Shown: piece by piece, positions 31,061-39,609 of the stretch
Position numbering within the stretch: the first letter of the stretch is position 1
Layout: each line of letters opens with the position of its first letter
NCBI GenBank assembly: GCA_035402825.1
Contig: DAONDZ010000006.1
Location: 1-53,144 of the forward strand
DNA from: a bacterium
GTDB taxonomy: Bacteria; Patescibacteriota; Patescibacteriia; Patescibacteriales; UBA12465
Direction: 5' to 3'
Length of the DNA: 53,144 bases
The notes under the pieces: generated by a model
Database searches by the model: none
The model's input: the letters and a program-made list of their open reading frames with translations, nothing else
What the model was told of the DNA's origin: nothing
Program-made: the position numbers and the translations under genes

Positions 31061-32242
31061 ATGATTCCTTTAGCCACTAAGCTCCGGCCTCAGAAATTAG
31101 AGGATTTCGTGGGGCAGGAGAAGGTAATCAATCCGAAGAGTTTTTTATATGAGGCCATTATGAACGATAATGTGCCGTCTTTGATTTTTTGGGGACCGCC
31201 GGGAAGCGGTAAGACCACTTTAGCTTTAATTATCGCCAAAGAAACCAAGGCTGATTTCAAACAATTGTCAGCGGTTAATAGTGGGGTTAAAGATTTGCGT
31301 TTGATTTTAGATCAAGCCGATGTTAATTCTCGATTTAATAAAAAAACCATTTTATTCATTGATGAAATTCATCGTTGGAATAAAGCCCAACAAGATGCCC
31401 TGTTGCCGGAAATTGAAAACGGCCGAATCATCTTAATCGGCGCCACTACTGAAAATCCTAGCTTCGCGGTGATTTCAGCACTCTTGTCTCGTTGTCGTAC
31501 GGTAGTTTTGGATTCTTTGAGCGCTGACGACTTGAACAAAATTATTGTTCGGGCCGGCAAATTAGAAAAGGTGAAGATTAAAAGTGAAGTGGTAAAGTTT
31601 TTAGCCGGCCAAGCTCGGGGTGATGCTCGCACCGCTTTGAATATTTTAGAAAATTGTTTAAAGAAAAGTCGGGATCTCACTATTGAATTAGTGAAGGAGG
31701 TCATTCATCGGCCTAATTTGCTTTATGACAAAAATGGCGACGAGCATTACAATATTATTTCCGCTCTTCATAAATCATTACGGGGCGGCGATCCGGGGGC
31801 GGCAGTCTATTGGTTAGTCCGAATGATTGCGGCCGGAGAAGATCCACTCTATATCGCTCGCCGCTTAATTCGTTTTGCTAGCGAAGATATCGGTTTGGCT
31901 AATTCCAGTGCGTTGATGCTGGCTAATGAGACTTATAGCGCCTGTCAGCACATCGGTTTGCCGGAGTGCGGAGTTAATTTAGCTCATTGTGCTATTTACT
32001 TAGCTAAGTCGCCTAAAAGCATCGCCGCCTATGAAGCCTATGAATTGGCTCAAGCCGAAGTGGCTAAGAGCGGCGCCTTGCCAGTACCGGTTCACTTGCG
32101 CAATGCGCCCACCAAACTAATGAAAGATTTGGGATATGGCAAGGAATATAAATACACCCCCAAAGAGGATAGCTCAGAGCAGGAATATTTGCCGCCGGAG
32201 GTCAAAAATGGACCAATGGGGAAGATTAAATTTAAAAATTAA
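31061..32242 (+). CDS. rarA: replication-associated recombination protein A (AAA+ ATPase, MgsA/RarA)
   Basis: LATKLRPQKLEDFVGQ, Walker A GPPGSGKTT, Walker B LFIDEIHR, GATTENPSF, and the C-terminal MgsA domain (HYNIISALHKSLRG, YLPPE). The ATG at 31061 lies 7 nt after an extended -10. The track start is a TTG at 31028. Confidence 0.9.
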   Translation: MIPLATKLRPQKLEDFVGQEKVINPKSFLYEAIMNDNVPSLIFWGPPGSGKTTLALIIAKETKADFKQLSAVNSGVKDLRLILDQADVNSRFNKKTILFIDEIHRWNKAQQDALLPEIENGRIILIGATTENPSFAVISALLSRCRTVVLDSLSADDLNKIIVRAGKLEKVKIKSEVVKFLAGQARGDARTALNILENCLKKSRDLTIELVKEVIHRPNLLYDKNGDEHYNIISALHKSLRGGDPGAAVYWLVRMIAAGEDPLYIARRLIRFASEDIGLANSSALMLANETYSACQHIGLPECGVNLAHCAIYLAKSPKSIAAYEAYELAQAEVAKSGALPVPVHLRNAPTKLMKDLGYGKEYKYTPKEDSSEQEYLPPEVKNGPMGKIKFKN

Positions 32243-32245
32243 ATT

Positions 32246-32707
32246 ATGTTAGATATTACTTTAGTGGCTTTTGGCAAAATCAAAGAAAAACACTATGAGG
32301 CTGTCTGCCAAGAATATGTTCGGCGTTTGAAGCCCTATGCTCGGTTAAAAATTATTGAGCTGGAGGCGGTGAGTTTTTCAGCGAGCAATAAATTGGCGGT
32401 TCAACAGCAAGAAGCCAAGAAAGTAAAAGTCCTTTTGGATAAATACCCCGATCATCAGGTTGTTCTCTGGGATGAGGCTGGAGAAAGTTTTACCTCTTTG
32501 ACTTGGGCTAAAAAATTGGTTAAGATTAACCGCCCCTTGCTTTTGGTAATCGGCGGCACTCTGGGTTTTGCGCCGGAAATTAAACAGAGTTATACGCGGT
32601 GGTCGCTGTCGCCTCTGACCATGCCGCATGAATTGGCGCGAGTAGTCTTAATGGAGCAATTATATCGAGCCGCTACTATTATTCAGGGGAAAGAATATCA
32701 TTATTAA
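32246..32707 (+). CDS. rlmH: 23S rRNA (pseudouridine1915-N3)-methyltransferase (SPOUT)
   Basis: 153 aa. FGKIKEKHY..., LLLVIGGTLGF, LSPLTMPHELARVVLMEQLYRA, typical of RlmH. Confidence 0.85.
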   Translation: MLDITLVAFGKIKEKHYEAVCQEYVRRLKPYARLKIIELEAVSFSASNKLAVQQQEAKKVKVLLDKYPDHQVVLWDEAGESFTSLTWAKKLVKINRPLLLVIGGTLGFAPEIKQSYTRWSLSPLTMPHELARVVLMEQLYRAATIIQGKEYHY

Positions 32708-32711
32708 TACC

Positions 32712-34547
32712 ATGGCTAAATTATTTCAATTACAATCAGAGTTTCAGCCGGCCGGAGATCAACCTCAGGCTATTTTAAAATTGATGAAAGGTTTGGAGAA
32801 GGGCTATGATTTTCAAACTCTTTTGGGTGTCACCGGTTCCGGCAAGACTTTTACCGCCGCTAATGTGATTACTCAATTTGATAAGCCGGTGTTGGTAATT
32901 GCTCCTAACAAATCTTTAGCCGCTCAATTATACCGGGAGTACAAGAATTTTTTTCCTAATAACGCGGTCCATTATTTTGTTTCCTATTATGATTATTATC
33001 AGCCGGAAGCCTATTTGCCGACCTCAGATACCTACATTGAGAAAGAAGCGATGATTAATGAGGAAATTGACCGCTTGCGCCACGCTGCCACCACCGCGCT
33101 TTTGACACGGCGGGATGTGATTATTGTCGCTTCGGTTTCTTGTATCTATAACCTGGGGGTGCCGGTCAATTATTCCGAATCAGCTATTCATTTAGAAAAA
33201 GGCCAGACAATGGTTCGAGGAGATTTGATTGCTCAATTGGTGAAGATTCAATTTGAAAGAACCAATGGAGAAATTAAGCGCGGCCAATTCAGGGTTCGGG
33301 GCGATGTTTTTGAATTGCGGCCGATGTCGGAAAATATTGTCTATCGCTTGGAAATCAAAGATCAAAAGATCGCCGAGTTGGCGGTGAGCGACAATTTAAC
33401 CAAAAAAATCTTAAATGACTTATCAGAGATGGTCATTTTCCCGCCCAAGCATTTTGTTTCCACTCAGCCCCAAGTGGAGCAAGCAATTAATAATATTAAT
33501 ATTGAATTGAAAGAACGTTTGCAATATTTTGCCGCTAATGGCTTATATTTAGAAGCGGAAAGGTTAGAGCGCCGAGTGCGTTATGATATGGAAATGCTCC
33601 GTACTCTAGGGTATTGTCATGGCATTGAAAATTATTCTCGCCATTTAACAGGCAAACTGGCGGGGGAAGCGCCGGATTCGCTCTTGGCCTATTTCCCGCA
33701 AAAAGACGGTCGGCCGGATTTTTTAACTATCATCGATGAAAGCCATATTGCCGTGCCGCAAATTAGAGGCATGTATTTCGGCGACAAGAGCCGCAAGGAA
33801 ACCCTAGCTCAATACGGCTGGCGTTTGCCTTCGGCTCTAGACAATCGCCCTTTAAAATTCAAAGAATTTGAGAGTCGAGTCGGCCAAGTGATTTTCACCA
33901 CCGCTACGCCGGGAGAATATGAAACCGAACATTCCCACCAAGTGGTGGAGCAGATTATTCGTCCTACCGGCTTGGTAGATCCGGAAATTGAAATCCGACC
34001 GGTGTTTAACAAAGCCAAAAACTATAGCCAGATAGATGATATTATCAGTGAGATAGAAGTTTTGGCCGCTCGCCAAGAAAGAGTGATAGTCAACACGTTA
34101 ACCAAAAAACAGGCCGAAGATTTAAATACTTTTTTAAACCAAAAAGGATTACGCAGCAATTATTTGCACTCCGATATCAAAACTTTTGAAAGAACGGAGA
34201 TATTAAAAGAATTCCGAGAAGGGAAGTTTGATACTTTGATTGGGGTGAACTTGTTGCGCGAAGGCTTAGATTTGCCAGAGGTGACTCTGGTGGCTATTTT
34301 AGACGCTGATCGGGAAGGATTTCTGCGCAGCCAAACCTCGCTTATTCAAACTATGGGTCGGGCAGCGCGCAATGTGCGGGGAAAGATTATTCTCTACGCC
34401 GATACCAAGACTAGATCCATGCGGGCGGCAATCAAAGAAGTGGAGCGCCGGCGAGTGAAGCAATTGGCTTATAACCAAGAGCATCATATCGTGCCGCAGA
34501 CTATCTCTAAAAAAATTGAAGACTTTTTGGATACCCGGCAAGATTAA
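32712..34547 (+). CDS. uvrB: excinuclease ABC subunit B (lacks the C-terminal UVR domain)
   Basis: 611 aa. GDQPQAI, Walker [13 protein letters not shown] box, helicase motifs, MGRAARN. The protein ends shortly after [12 protein letters not shown], without the usual C-terminal coiled coil. Confidence 0.95.
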   Translation: MAKLFQLQSEFQPAGDQPQAILKLMKGLEKGYDFQTLLGVTGSGKTFTAANVITQFDKPVLVIAPNKSLAAQLYREYKNFFPNNAVHYFVSYYDYYQPEAYLPTSDTYIEKEAMINEEIDRLRHAATTALLTRRDVIIVASVSCIYNLGVPVNYSESAIHLEKGQTMVRGDLIAQLVKIQFERTNGEIKRGQFRVRGDVFELRPMSENIVYRLEIKDQKIAELAVSDNLTKKILNDLSEMVIFPPKHFVSTQPQVEQAINNINIELKERLQYFAANGLYLEAERLERRVRYDMEMLRTLGYCHGIENYSRHLTGKLAGEAPDSLLAYFPQKDGRPDFLTIIDESHIAVPQIRGMYFGDKSRKETLAQYGWRLPSALDNRPLKFKEFESRVGQVIFTTATPGEYETEHSHQVVEQIIRPTGLVDPEIEIRPVFNKAKNYSQIDDIISEIEVLAARQERVIVNTLTKKQAEDLNTFLNQKGLRSNYLHSDIKTFERTEILKEFREGKFDTLIGVNLLREGLDLPEVTLVAILDADREGFLRSQTSLIQTMGRAARNVRGKIILYADTKTRSMRAAIKEVERRRVKQLAYNQEHHIVPQTISKKIEDFLDTRQD

Positions 34548-34556
34548 TTAAATATT

Positions 34557-37076
34557 ATGAGTGAAAAAATAATTATCCGCGGCGCGCGGATGCACAATTT
34601 GAAGAATGTTAATTTAGAAATACCGCATAACAAGCTGACGGTGATTACCGGCGTTTCCGGGTCCGGAAAATCGTCTTTAGCTTTTGATACCCTCTTTGCC
34701 GAAGGGCAAAGACAATATATAGAATCATTGTCGCCCTATATGCGCCAATTCCTGGGCCAAAAGAAACCGGCTGATGTGGATGAGATTACCGGTTTAGCTC
34801 CGGCTATTTCTATTGATCAAAAAGCTTTGTCTCATAATCCGCGTTCTACTGTCGGTACCTTAACCGAAGTCTATGATTATCTGCGGGTTTTGTATGCTCG
34901 CATCGGGGAAGTATTCTGTCCGACTTGCGGCCACAAAATTGAAAAATTATCTTTAGAAGAGATGATTGATATTATTATTTCTCGGGCCAAAGAATTGAAA
35001 TCAGAAACAGTGACTATTTTGGCGCCGGTAGTTTCCGGACGCAAGGGGGAATATTATCAACTGCTCTACGATTATTTATCTTTGGGCTATGTGGAAGCCA
35101 GAATTGATGGCGAATGGCGATCACTGAAAGAGAAATTGGAATTATCTCCTCACAAAAAACATACTATTGAAATCGTGGTGGACAAGGTGATGGTTAAAGA
35201 TGAAACCAGATTATTTGAAGCGGTGGAAAACGCCTTAGTTTATAGCCAGGGTTTGGTGGTGAGCATAATGGGGGAGCGAGAATTTCTGTTGTCAGCCAAT
35301 TGGACTTGTCCCAATGATAATTTTGCTTTTCCGGAAGTGGAGCCCCGTTTGTTTTCTTTTAACTCTCCTCATGGCGCTTGTTCTTCTTGTAATGGTTTAG
35401 GTAAAATTGGTTTCTTTGCCGAAGAAAGATGTCCCAAATGTCACGGGGATCGTCTGCGTCCGGAAGCTTTGGCAGTGAGAATTAGTCAGAAGAATATTGC
35501 TGAAGTCTGCGCGCTCTCTATTTCCGAAGCCCATGATTTTTTCTATAAGTACTACGGTCAGATGACTAAACGTCAGCTGACTATTGCCGAGAATGTCGTC
35601 GGCCAAATCGTCTCTCGTTTGGAATTTTTGAATAAAGTGGGTCTGAGTTATTTATCTCTAAATCGGGAAGCGGAAACTTTATCTGGTGGAGAAGCTCAGC
35701 GTATCAGACTATCTTCTCAAATTGGTTCCCAACTATCCCGCACTTTATACGTCTTAGACGAACCGACTATTGGTTTGCATGAAAGGGATACTGAAAGATT
35801 AATTGAAACCCTAGAAGCTTTGCGGGACAAGAATAATACCGTGGTGATTGTGGAGCATGACGAACGGACTATCTTAGCTTCTGATTATCTAGTGGATATG
35901 GGGCCGCTGGCCGGAGTTCACGGCGGCGAAGTGGTGGCGGCCGGTAATACTAAAGAATTATTAAAAAGCCAGGGGAAACATAATTCTCTGACTTTGGATT
36001 ATTTGCGCCGGGAAAGAGAAATCTCTTTGCCGGAGAAGAGGCGGGAACAAAATCACGGCAGTCTAAAAATAATTGGTGCCAGCGCCAATAATTTACACAA
36101 TTTAAAATTAGAAATACCCTTGGGACGGCTGGTGGGCATTAGCGGCGTTTCCGGTTCTGGAAAATCCTCTTTGTTATACGATGTGTTGTATAAGAATATC
36201 GGCAAAATTAAAAATCGTCCCGGTCGCAAAATTCCTTTAGATGGCGTAAGCGAAATTAGGGGCACCGAATATATTAATAAGGTGGTAGTGATAGATCAAT
36301 CGCCCATTGGCCGCACTCCGCGTTCCAACCCGGCCACCTATACCGGTATCTTCACTCCGATTCGCGATTTCTTCGCTTCTTTGCCGGAATCCCGAGAGAG
36401 AGGCTATGGCATTTCTCGATTTTCTTTCAATCGTCCCGGCGGCCGCTGTGAGGCTTGCGAAGGAGCCGGTTTTAATTTAATTGAAATGCATTTTTTGCCG
36501 GCGGTGTTAGTGGAGTGCGAAGTCTGCCACGGCCAACGTTTTAATCGGGAAACTTTACAGGTGGAATATAAAGACAAAAATATTGCCGATGTTTTGAACC
36601 TAACCATTGATGAAGCGGTAGATTTTTTCTCCGAAAACTATTATATCGCCGATAAGCTGAAAGTTTTGCAATCAGTCGGTTTGGGATATATCAAAATCGG
36701 CCAAAGTGCCACTACTTTATCCGGCGGCGAAGCCCAACGCGTCAAAATTGCCAAGGAGTTGACTCATACTTTGGGCCAGCGGACTTTGTATCTCTTAGAT
36801 GAACCGACTACCGGTTTGCACTATCATGATATTGATATGCTGCTCATGGTCTTGAATAAACTAGTGGAAAGAGGGAATAGCGTCTTGGTGATTGAGCATA
36901 ATATGCACATGCTTAAATCCATGGATTATATCATTGATCTCGGGCCGGATGGCGGGGCTAAAGGCGGACGGCTGATAGCCGCGGGAGCGCCGGAAGATAT
37001 TGTTCGCCAAAGCGCCAGTATCACCGGCCAGTATTTAAAAGAATATTTAAAAAAACCGCATGACAAAAATCGATAA
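34557..37076 (+). CDS. uvrA: excinuclease ABC subunit A (lacks the insertion domain)
   Basis: 839 aa. Two ABC modules (GVSGSGKSS twice, LSGGEAQR twice). UvrB-binding region present. Zn-module Cys pairs CSSC and CPKC are separated by only 13 residues. Confidence 0.95.
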   Translation: MSEKIIIRGARMHNLKNVNLEIPHNKLTVITGVSGSGKSSLAFDTLFAEGQRQYIESLSPYMRQFLGQKKPADVDEITGLAPAISIDQKALSHNPRSTVGTLTEVYDYLRVLYARIGEVFCPTCGHKIEKLSLEEMIDIIISRAKELKSETVTILAPVVSGRKGEYYQLLYDYLSLGYVEARIDGEWRSLKEKLELSPHKKHTIEIVVDKVMVKDETRLFEAVENALVYSQGLVVSIMGEREFLLSANWTCPNDNFAFPEVEPRLFSFNSPHGACSSCNGLGKIGFFAEERCPKCHGDRLRPEALAVRISQKNIAEVCALSISEAHDFFYKYYGQMTKRQLTIAENVVGQIVSRLEFLNKVGLSYLSLNREAETLSGGEAQRIRLSSQIGSQLSRTLYVLDEPTIGLHERDTERLIETLEALRDKNNTVVIVEHDERTILASDYLVDMGPLAGVHGGEVVAAGNTKELLKSQGKHNSLTLDYLRREREISLPEKRREQNHGSLKIIGASANNLHNLKLEIPLGRLVGISGVSGSGKSSLLYDVLYKNIGKIKNRPGRKIPLDGVSEIRGTEYINKVVVIDQSPIGRTPRSNPATYTGIFTPIRDFFASLPESRERGYGISRFSFNRPGGRCEACEGAGFNLIEMHFLPAVLVECEVCHGQRFNRETLQVEYKDKNIADVLNLTIDEAVDFFSENYYIADKLKVLQSVGLGYIKIGQSATTLSGGEAQRVKIAKELTHTLGQRTLYLLDEPTTGLHYHDIDMLLMVLNKLVERGNSVLVIEHNMHMLKSMDYIIDLGPDGGAKGGRLIAAGAPEDIVRQSASITGQYLKEYLKKPHDKNR

Positions 37077-38214
37077 GCCGCAAAACATTCCTACTCAGCC
37101 TGGTATCTATTTTTGGCGCGATCAAAAGGGTCGGCCTTTGTATATTGGTCGAGCGGTAAATTTGCGCCAAAGATTGAGCCAATACTTTTTAAAAAATTTG
37201 GACCCGCGCATTGCCGAAATGGTAGCTCTGGCCAAAAGTTTAGATTTTGTCGTTATGGACAGTCTGCTGGAGGCTATTATCGCTGAAGCTAACGCTATCA
37301 AAAAGTATTGGCCTAAATATAATATCAAGGATAAAGACAATCGCTCTTTTTCTTATGTGGTCATTAACCCGGGAGAATATCCGCGGCCGATAATTATTCG
37401 AGAAAGGGAATTGGCCAAGCTAGCTCAACCGCGAGCCAAGATTTTTGGACCCTATCAATCTACTACTTTAATTCAAAGAGCGCTGCGGTTAATTCGGCCC
37501 ATCTTTCCTTATAGTACCTGTACGCCTCATAGCGGCAAGGCTTGCTTTGATTATCAAATCGGCTTATGTCCCGGTGCTTGCGTGGACGCTATTGGCAAAC
37601 GAGAATATGCCAAAAATATTACCAACTTAGTTTGGCTGCTTCGGGGAGACAGAAAAAGATTGCTTAATAAATTAATTAAAGAAAATCCGAGCCAAGCCAA
37701 AGCTCTAAAACATTTACAAGAAGTTTCTTTATTGGCCAGAGAAGAAAAATTAAACAACGGAGCAATTAATAGAATTGAAGGCTATGATATTTCTCACCTC
37801 ATGGGCAAAGAAAGCTATGGCTCCATGGTGGTTTTTTCTCAAGGCGTAGCCGATAACAAAAATTATCGCCTCTTCAAACTCAAACGAACCGCTCCCGGAG
37901 ACGATTTGCGAGCTTTGACCGAAGTTCTAGAAAGACGTTTTCAGCATCCGGAATGGTCATATCCGGATTTAGTGATGATCGACGGCGGGGCGCCGCAGAT
38001 TAATTTTGTGGCTGATTTTTTGCGCCAGAAACAAATCAATTGTCCGCTGGTTGGCGTTTCTAAATATGGCGGCGATCGCTTGGTTTTTTCTCCTAATGTC
38101 AAAAAGGATCAGCGAGCGCTAATTAACGATTTAAAGATAACTATTTTACAAGTCCGGGACGAAGCACATCGTTTTGCCAACAGTGCCGGACGAAGAGCCC
38201 GGCGCCTGAAATAA
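37060..38214 (+). CDS. uvrC: excinuclease ABC subunit C, short form (GIY-YIG + RNase H-like endonuclease domains only)
   Basis: 384 aa. GIYFWRD...PLYIGRAVNLRQR (GIY-YIG), Cys cluster CTPHSGKACFDYQIGLCPGAC, RIEGYDISH...MIDGGAPQ...VRDEAHRFA. No (HhH)2 tail. Overlaps uvrA by 17 nt. Confidence 0.85.
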   Translation: MTKIDKPQNIPTQPGIYFWRDQKGRPLYIGRAVNLRQRLSQYFLKNLDPRIAEMVALAKSLDFVVMDSLLEAIIAEANAIKKYWPKYNIKDKDNRSFSYVVINPGEYPRPIIIRERELAKLAQPRAKIFGPYQSTTLIQRALRLIRPIFPYSTCTPHSGKACFDYQIGLCPGACVDAIGKREYAKNITNLVWLLRGDRKRLLNKLIKENPSQAKALKHLQEVSLLAREEKLNNGAINRIEGYDISHLMGKESYGSMVVFSQGVADNKNYRLFKLKRTAPGDDLRALTEVLERRFQHPEWSYPDLVMIDGGAPQINFVADFLRQKQINCPLVGVSKYGGDRLVFSPNVKKDQRALINDLKITILQVRDEAHRFANSAGRRARRLK

Positions 38215-38237
38215 TATTTGGCGAATTTTAAAAAATC

Positions 38238-38260
38238 TGTTATAATATTTTTGTTATAAT
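38238..38260 (+). promoter_or_regulatory. tandem duplicated extended -10 elements
   Basis: TGTTATAAT at 38238-38246 and again at 38252-38260. The ATG is at 38273. Confidence 0.4.
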
Positions 38261-38272
38261 AATTTTATTTTT

Positions 38273-38728
38273 ATGGCTCAAGTTAAAAGATTATATCGTT
38301 CCAAAAAAGAAAGAATTATTTTTGGCGTTTGCGGCGGCTTAGCCGAGTATTTTAAAATTGATCCGATTTTAGTGCGGATTTTATTTTTGCTTTTGGCTTT
38401 TGGTGGCGGCAGCGGTATTTTCATCTATTTAGTTTTAGCCGTTATTACTCCGTTGTCTCCCGATGGCCAAAAGATTTCTCCGGCCGAATTGCAGGTTAAT
38501 CATTTGAAGTCGGAATTGAGAGATAGTTCTCAGAGATTGTCCAATCACTGGCAATCCAATACCTCCGATTGGCGCAATGTGGTTGGTCTAGCTATTATCG
38601 CCATTGGCGTTTTGGCTCTCGGCAATCATTATCTGCATCTAATTATTGATTGGCCGTTATTTTTCTCTATCGCCGTGATTTTAATCGGCGTAGTGTTAAT
38701 TACTAAACAAGATAAAAAACATAATTAA
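38273..38728 (+). CDS. PspC domain membrane protein
   Basis: 151 aa. LYRSKKERIIFGVCGGLAEYFKIDPILVRILFLL is the PspC domain signature. Additional C-terminal TM helices. Confidence 0.8.
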   Translation: MAQVKRLYRSKKERIIFGVCGGLAEYFKIDPILVRILFLLLAFGGGSGIFIYLVLAVITPLSPDGQKISPAELQVNHLKSELRDSSQRLSNHWQSNTSDWRNVVGLAIIAIGVLALGNHYLHLIIDWPLFFSIAVILIGVVLITKQDKKHN

Positions 38729-38748
38729 ATAGTACCTCTAAAAAAACT

Positions 38749-39546
38749 ATGAAAAAAACAGTGAAGAAGCCGATCGGCGCTTCTAAAAAAACGACGCTAA
38801 AAACTATGGCGCCGGAAATGCCGAAAATTGAAATCAAAGAAGTTAAAACCACCAAAGAATGCTGCGGTTCCGATTGCCATTGCGGCAAAGGTTTCGGTCG
38901 CTGGCTCTTGGGTTTAGTTTTGGTTTTAGTCGGTCTAGTTTATCTCGCTAAAAACACCGGTCTCTTGCCTTGGGATATTAATTTGAGCTGGGGGCAGGTT
39001 TGGCCGATAATCATCGTGATCATCGGTTTGTCCATGATTAATCGCCGTTCCAAGTTATCTATTTTCTTCGGTATCATTATTGCCGTTATCGCCATGTTGT
39101 TAATTCTATTCTTGATCAGCTTCAATTTTAGCCAGAAGACTTATGATCAACAAATTAATAACATCAAGCAGGAAGAGGCGACTCCGGAAAATACCAACGC
39201 CACTAGCAGCGATGCCGTCAAAGTTGAAGACAGCATCAAGATTGCTAATCCGGAACCGAATCAAAAAGTTTCCAGCCCGATTAAGATTTCCGGCCAGGCT
39301 AAGGGCAATTGGTTTTTTGAGGGTTCTTTCCCGGTGAAATTGATTTCTGAAACCGGTGAGCAATTGGCTGTCACTACCGCTCAAGCTCAGAGCGATTGGA
39401 TGACTGATAATTTTGTTAATTTTACTGCCGAATTGAAATATTCCAAAACCACCAGCACTAAAGCCGTGATTATCTTTGAGAAAGATAATCCCTCCGGTTT
39501 GGTTCAGAACGAAGCGGCTTTCGCTTTGCCGGTTGACTTGAAATAA
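38749..39546 (+). CDS. membrane protein with N-terminal Cys-rich tag, LiaF/DUF5668-like TM region and C-terminal Gmad2-like Ig domain
   Basis: 265 aa. ECCGSDCHCG before TM1, 3-4 TM helices, and a C-terminal IKIANPEPNQKVSSPIKISGQAKGNWFFEGSFPVKL resembling Gmad2. Confidence 0.65.
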   Translation: MKKTVKKPIGASKKTTLKTMAPEMPKIEIKEVKTTKECCGSDCHCGKGFGRWLLGLVLVLVGLVYLAKNTGLLPWDINLSWGQVWPIIIVIIGLSMINRRSKLSIFFGIIIAVIAMLLILFLISFNFSQKTYDQQINNIKQEEATPENTNATSSDAVKVEDSIKIANPEPNQKVSSPIKISGQAKGNWFFEGSFPVKLISETGEQLAVTTAQAQSDWMTDNFVNFTAELKYSKTTSTKAVIIFEKDNPSGLVQNEAAFALPVDLK

Positions 39547-39568
39547 ATTTATTCCTTTTAGGCAATTT

Positions 39569-39597
39569 AAAAACCCGTCTGAGAAAGACGGGTTTTT
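39569..39597. terminator. bidirectional terminator between convergent genes
   Basis: aaaaacccgtct / gagaa / agacgggttttt (12-bp stem). Confidence 0.8.
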
Positions 39598-39609
39598 GTT
39601 GATATAGTG

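Noticed and set aside
38238-38260. A duplicated TGTTATAAT(A/T)TTT element upstream of the PspC gene, considered as a small repeat or regulatory device.
   Set aside because: It is only two copies of about 14 nt in AT-rich DNA. It is reported as alternative -10 elements and there is not enough evidence for more.
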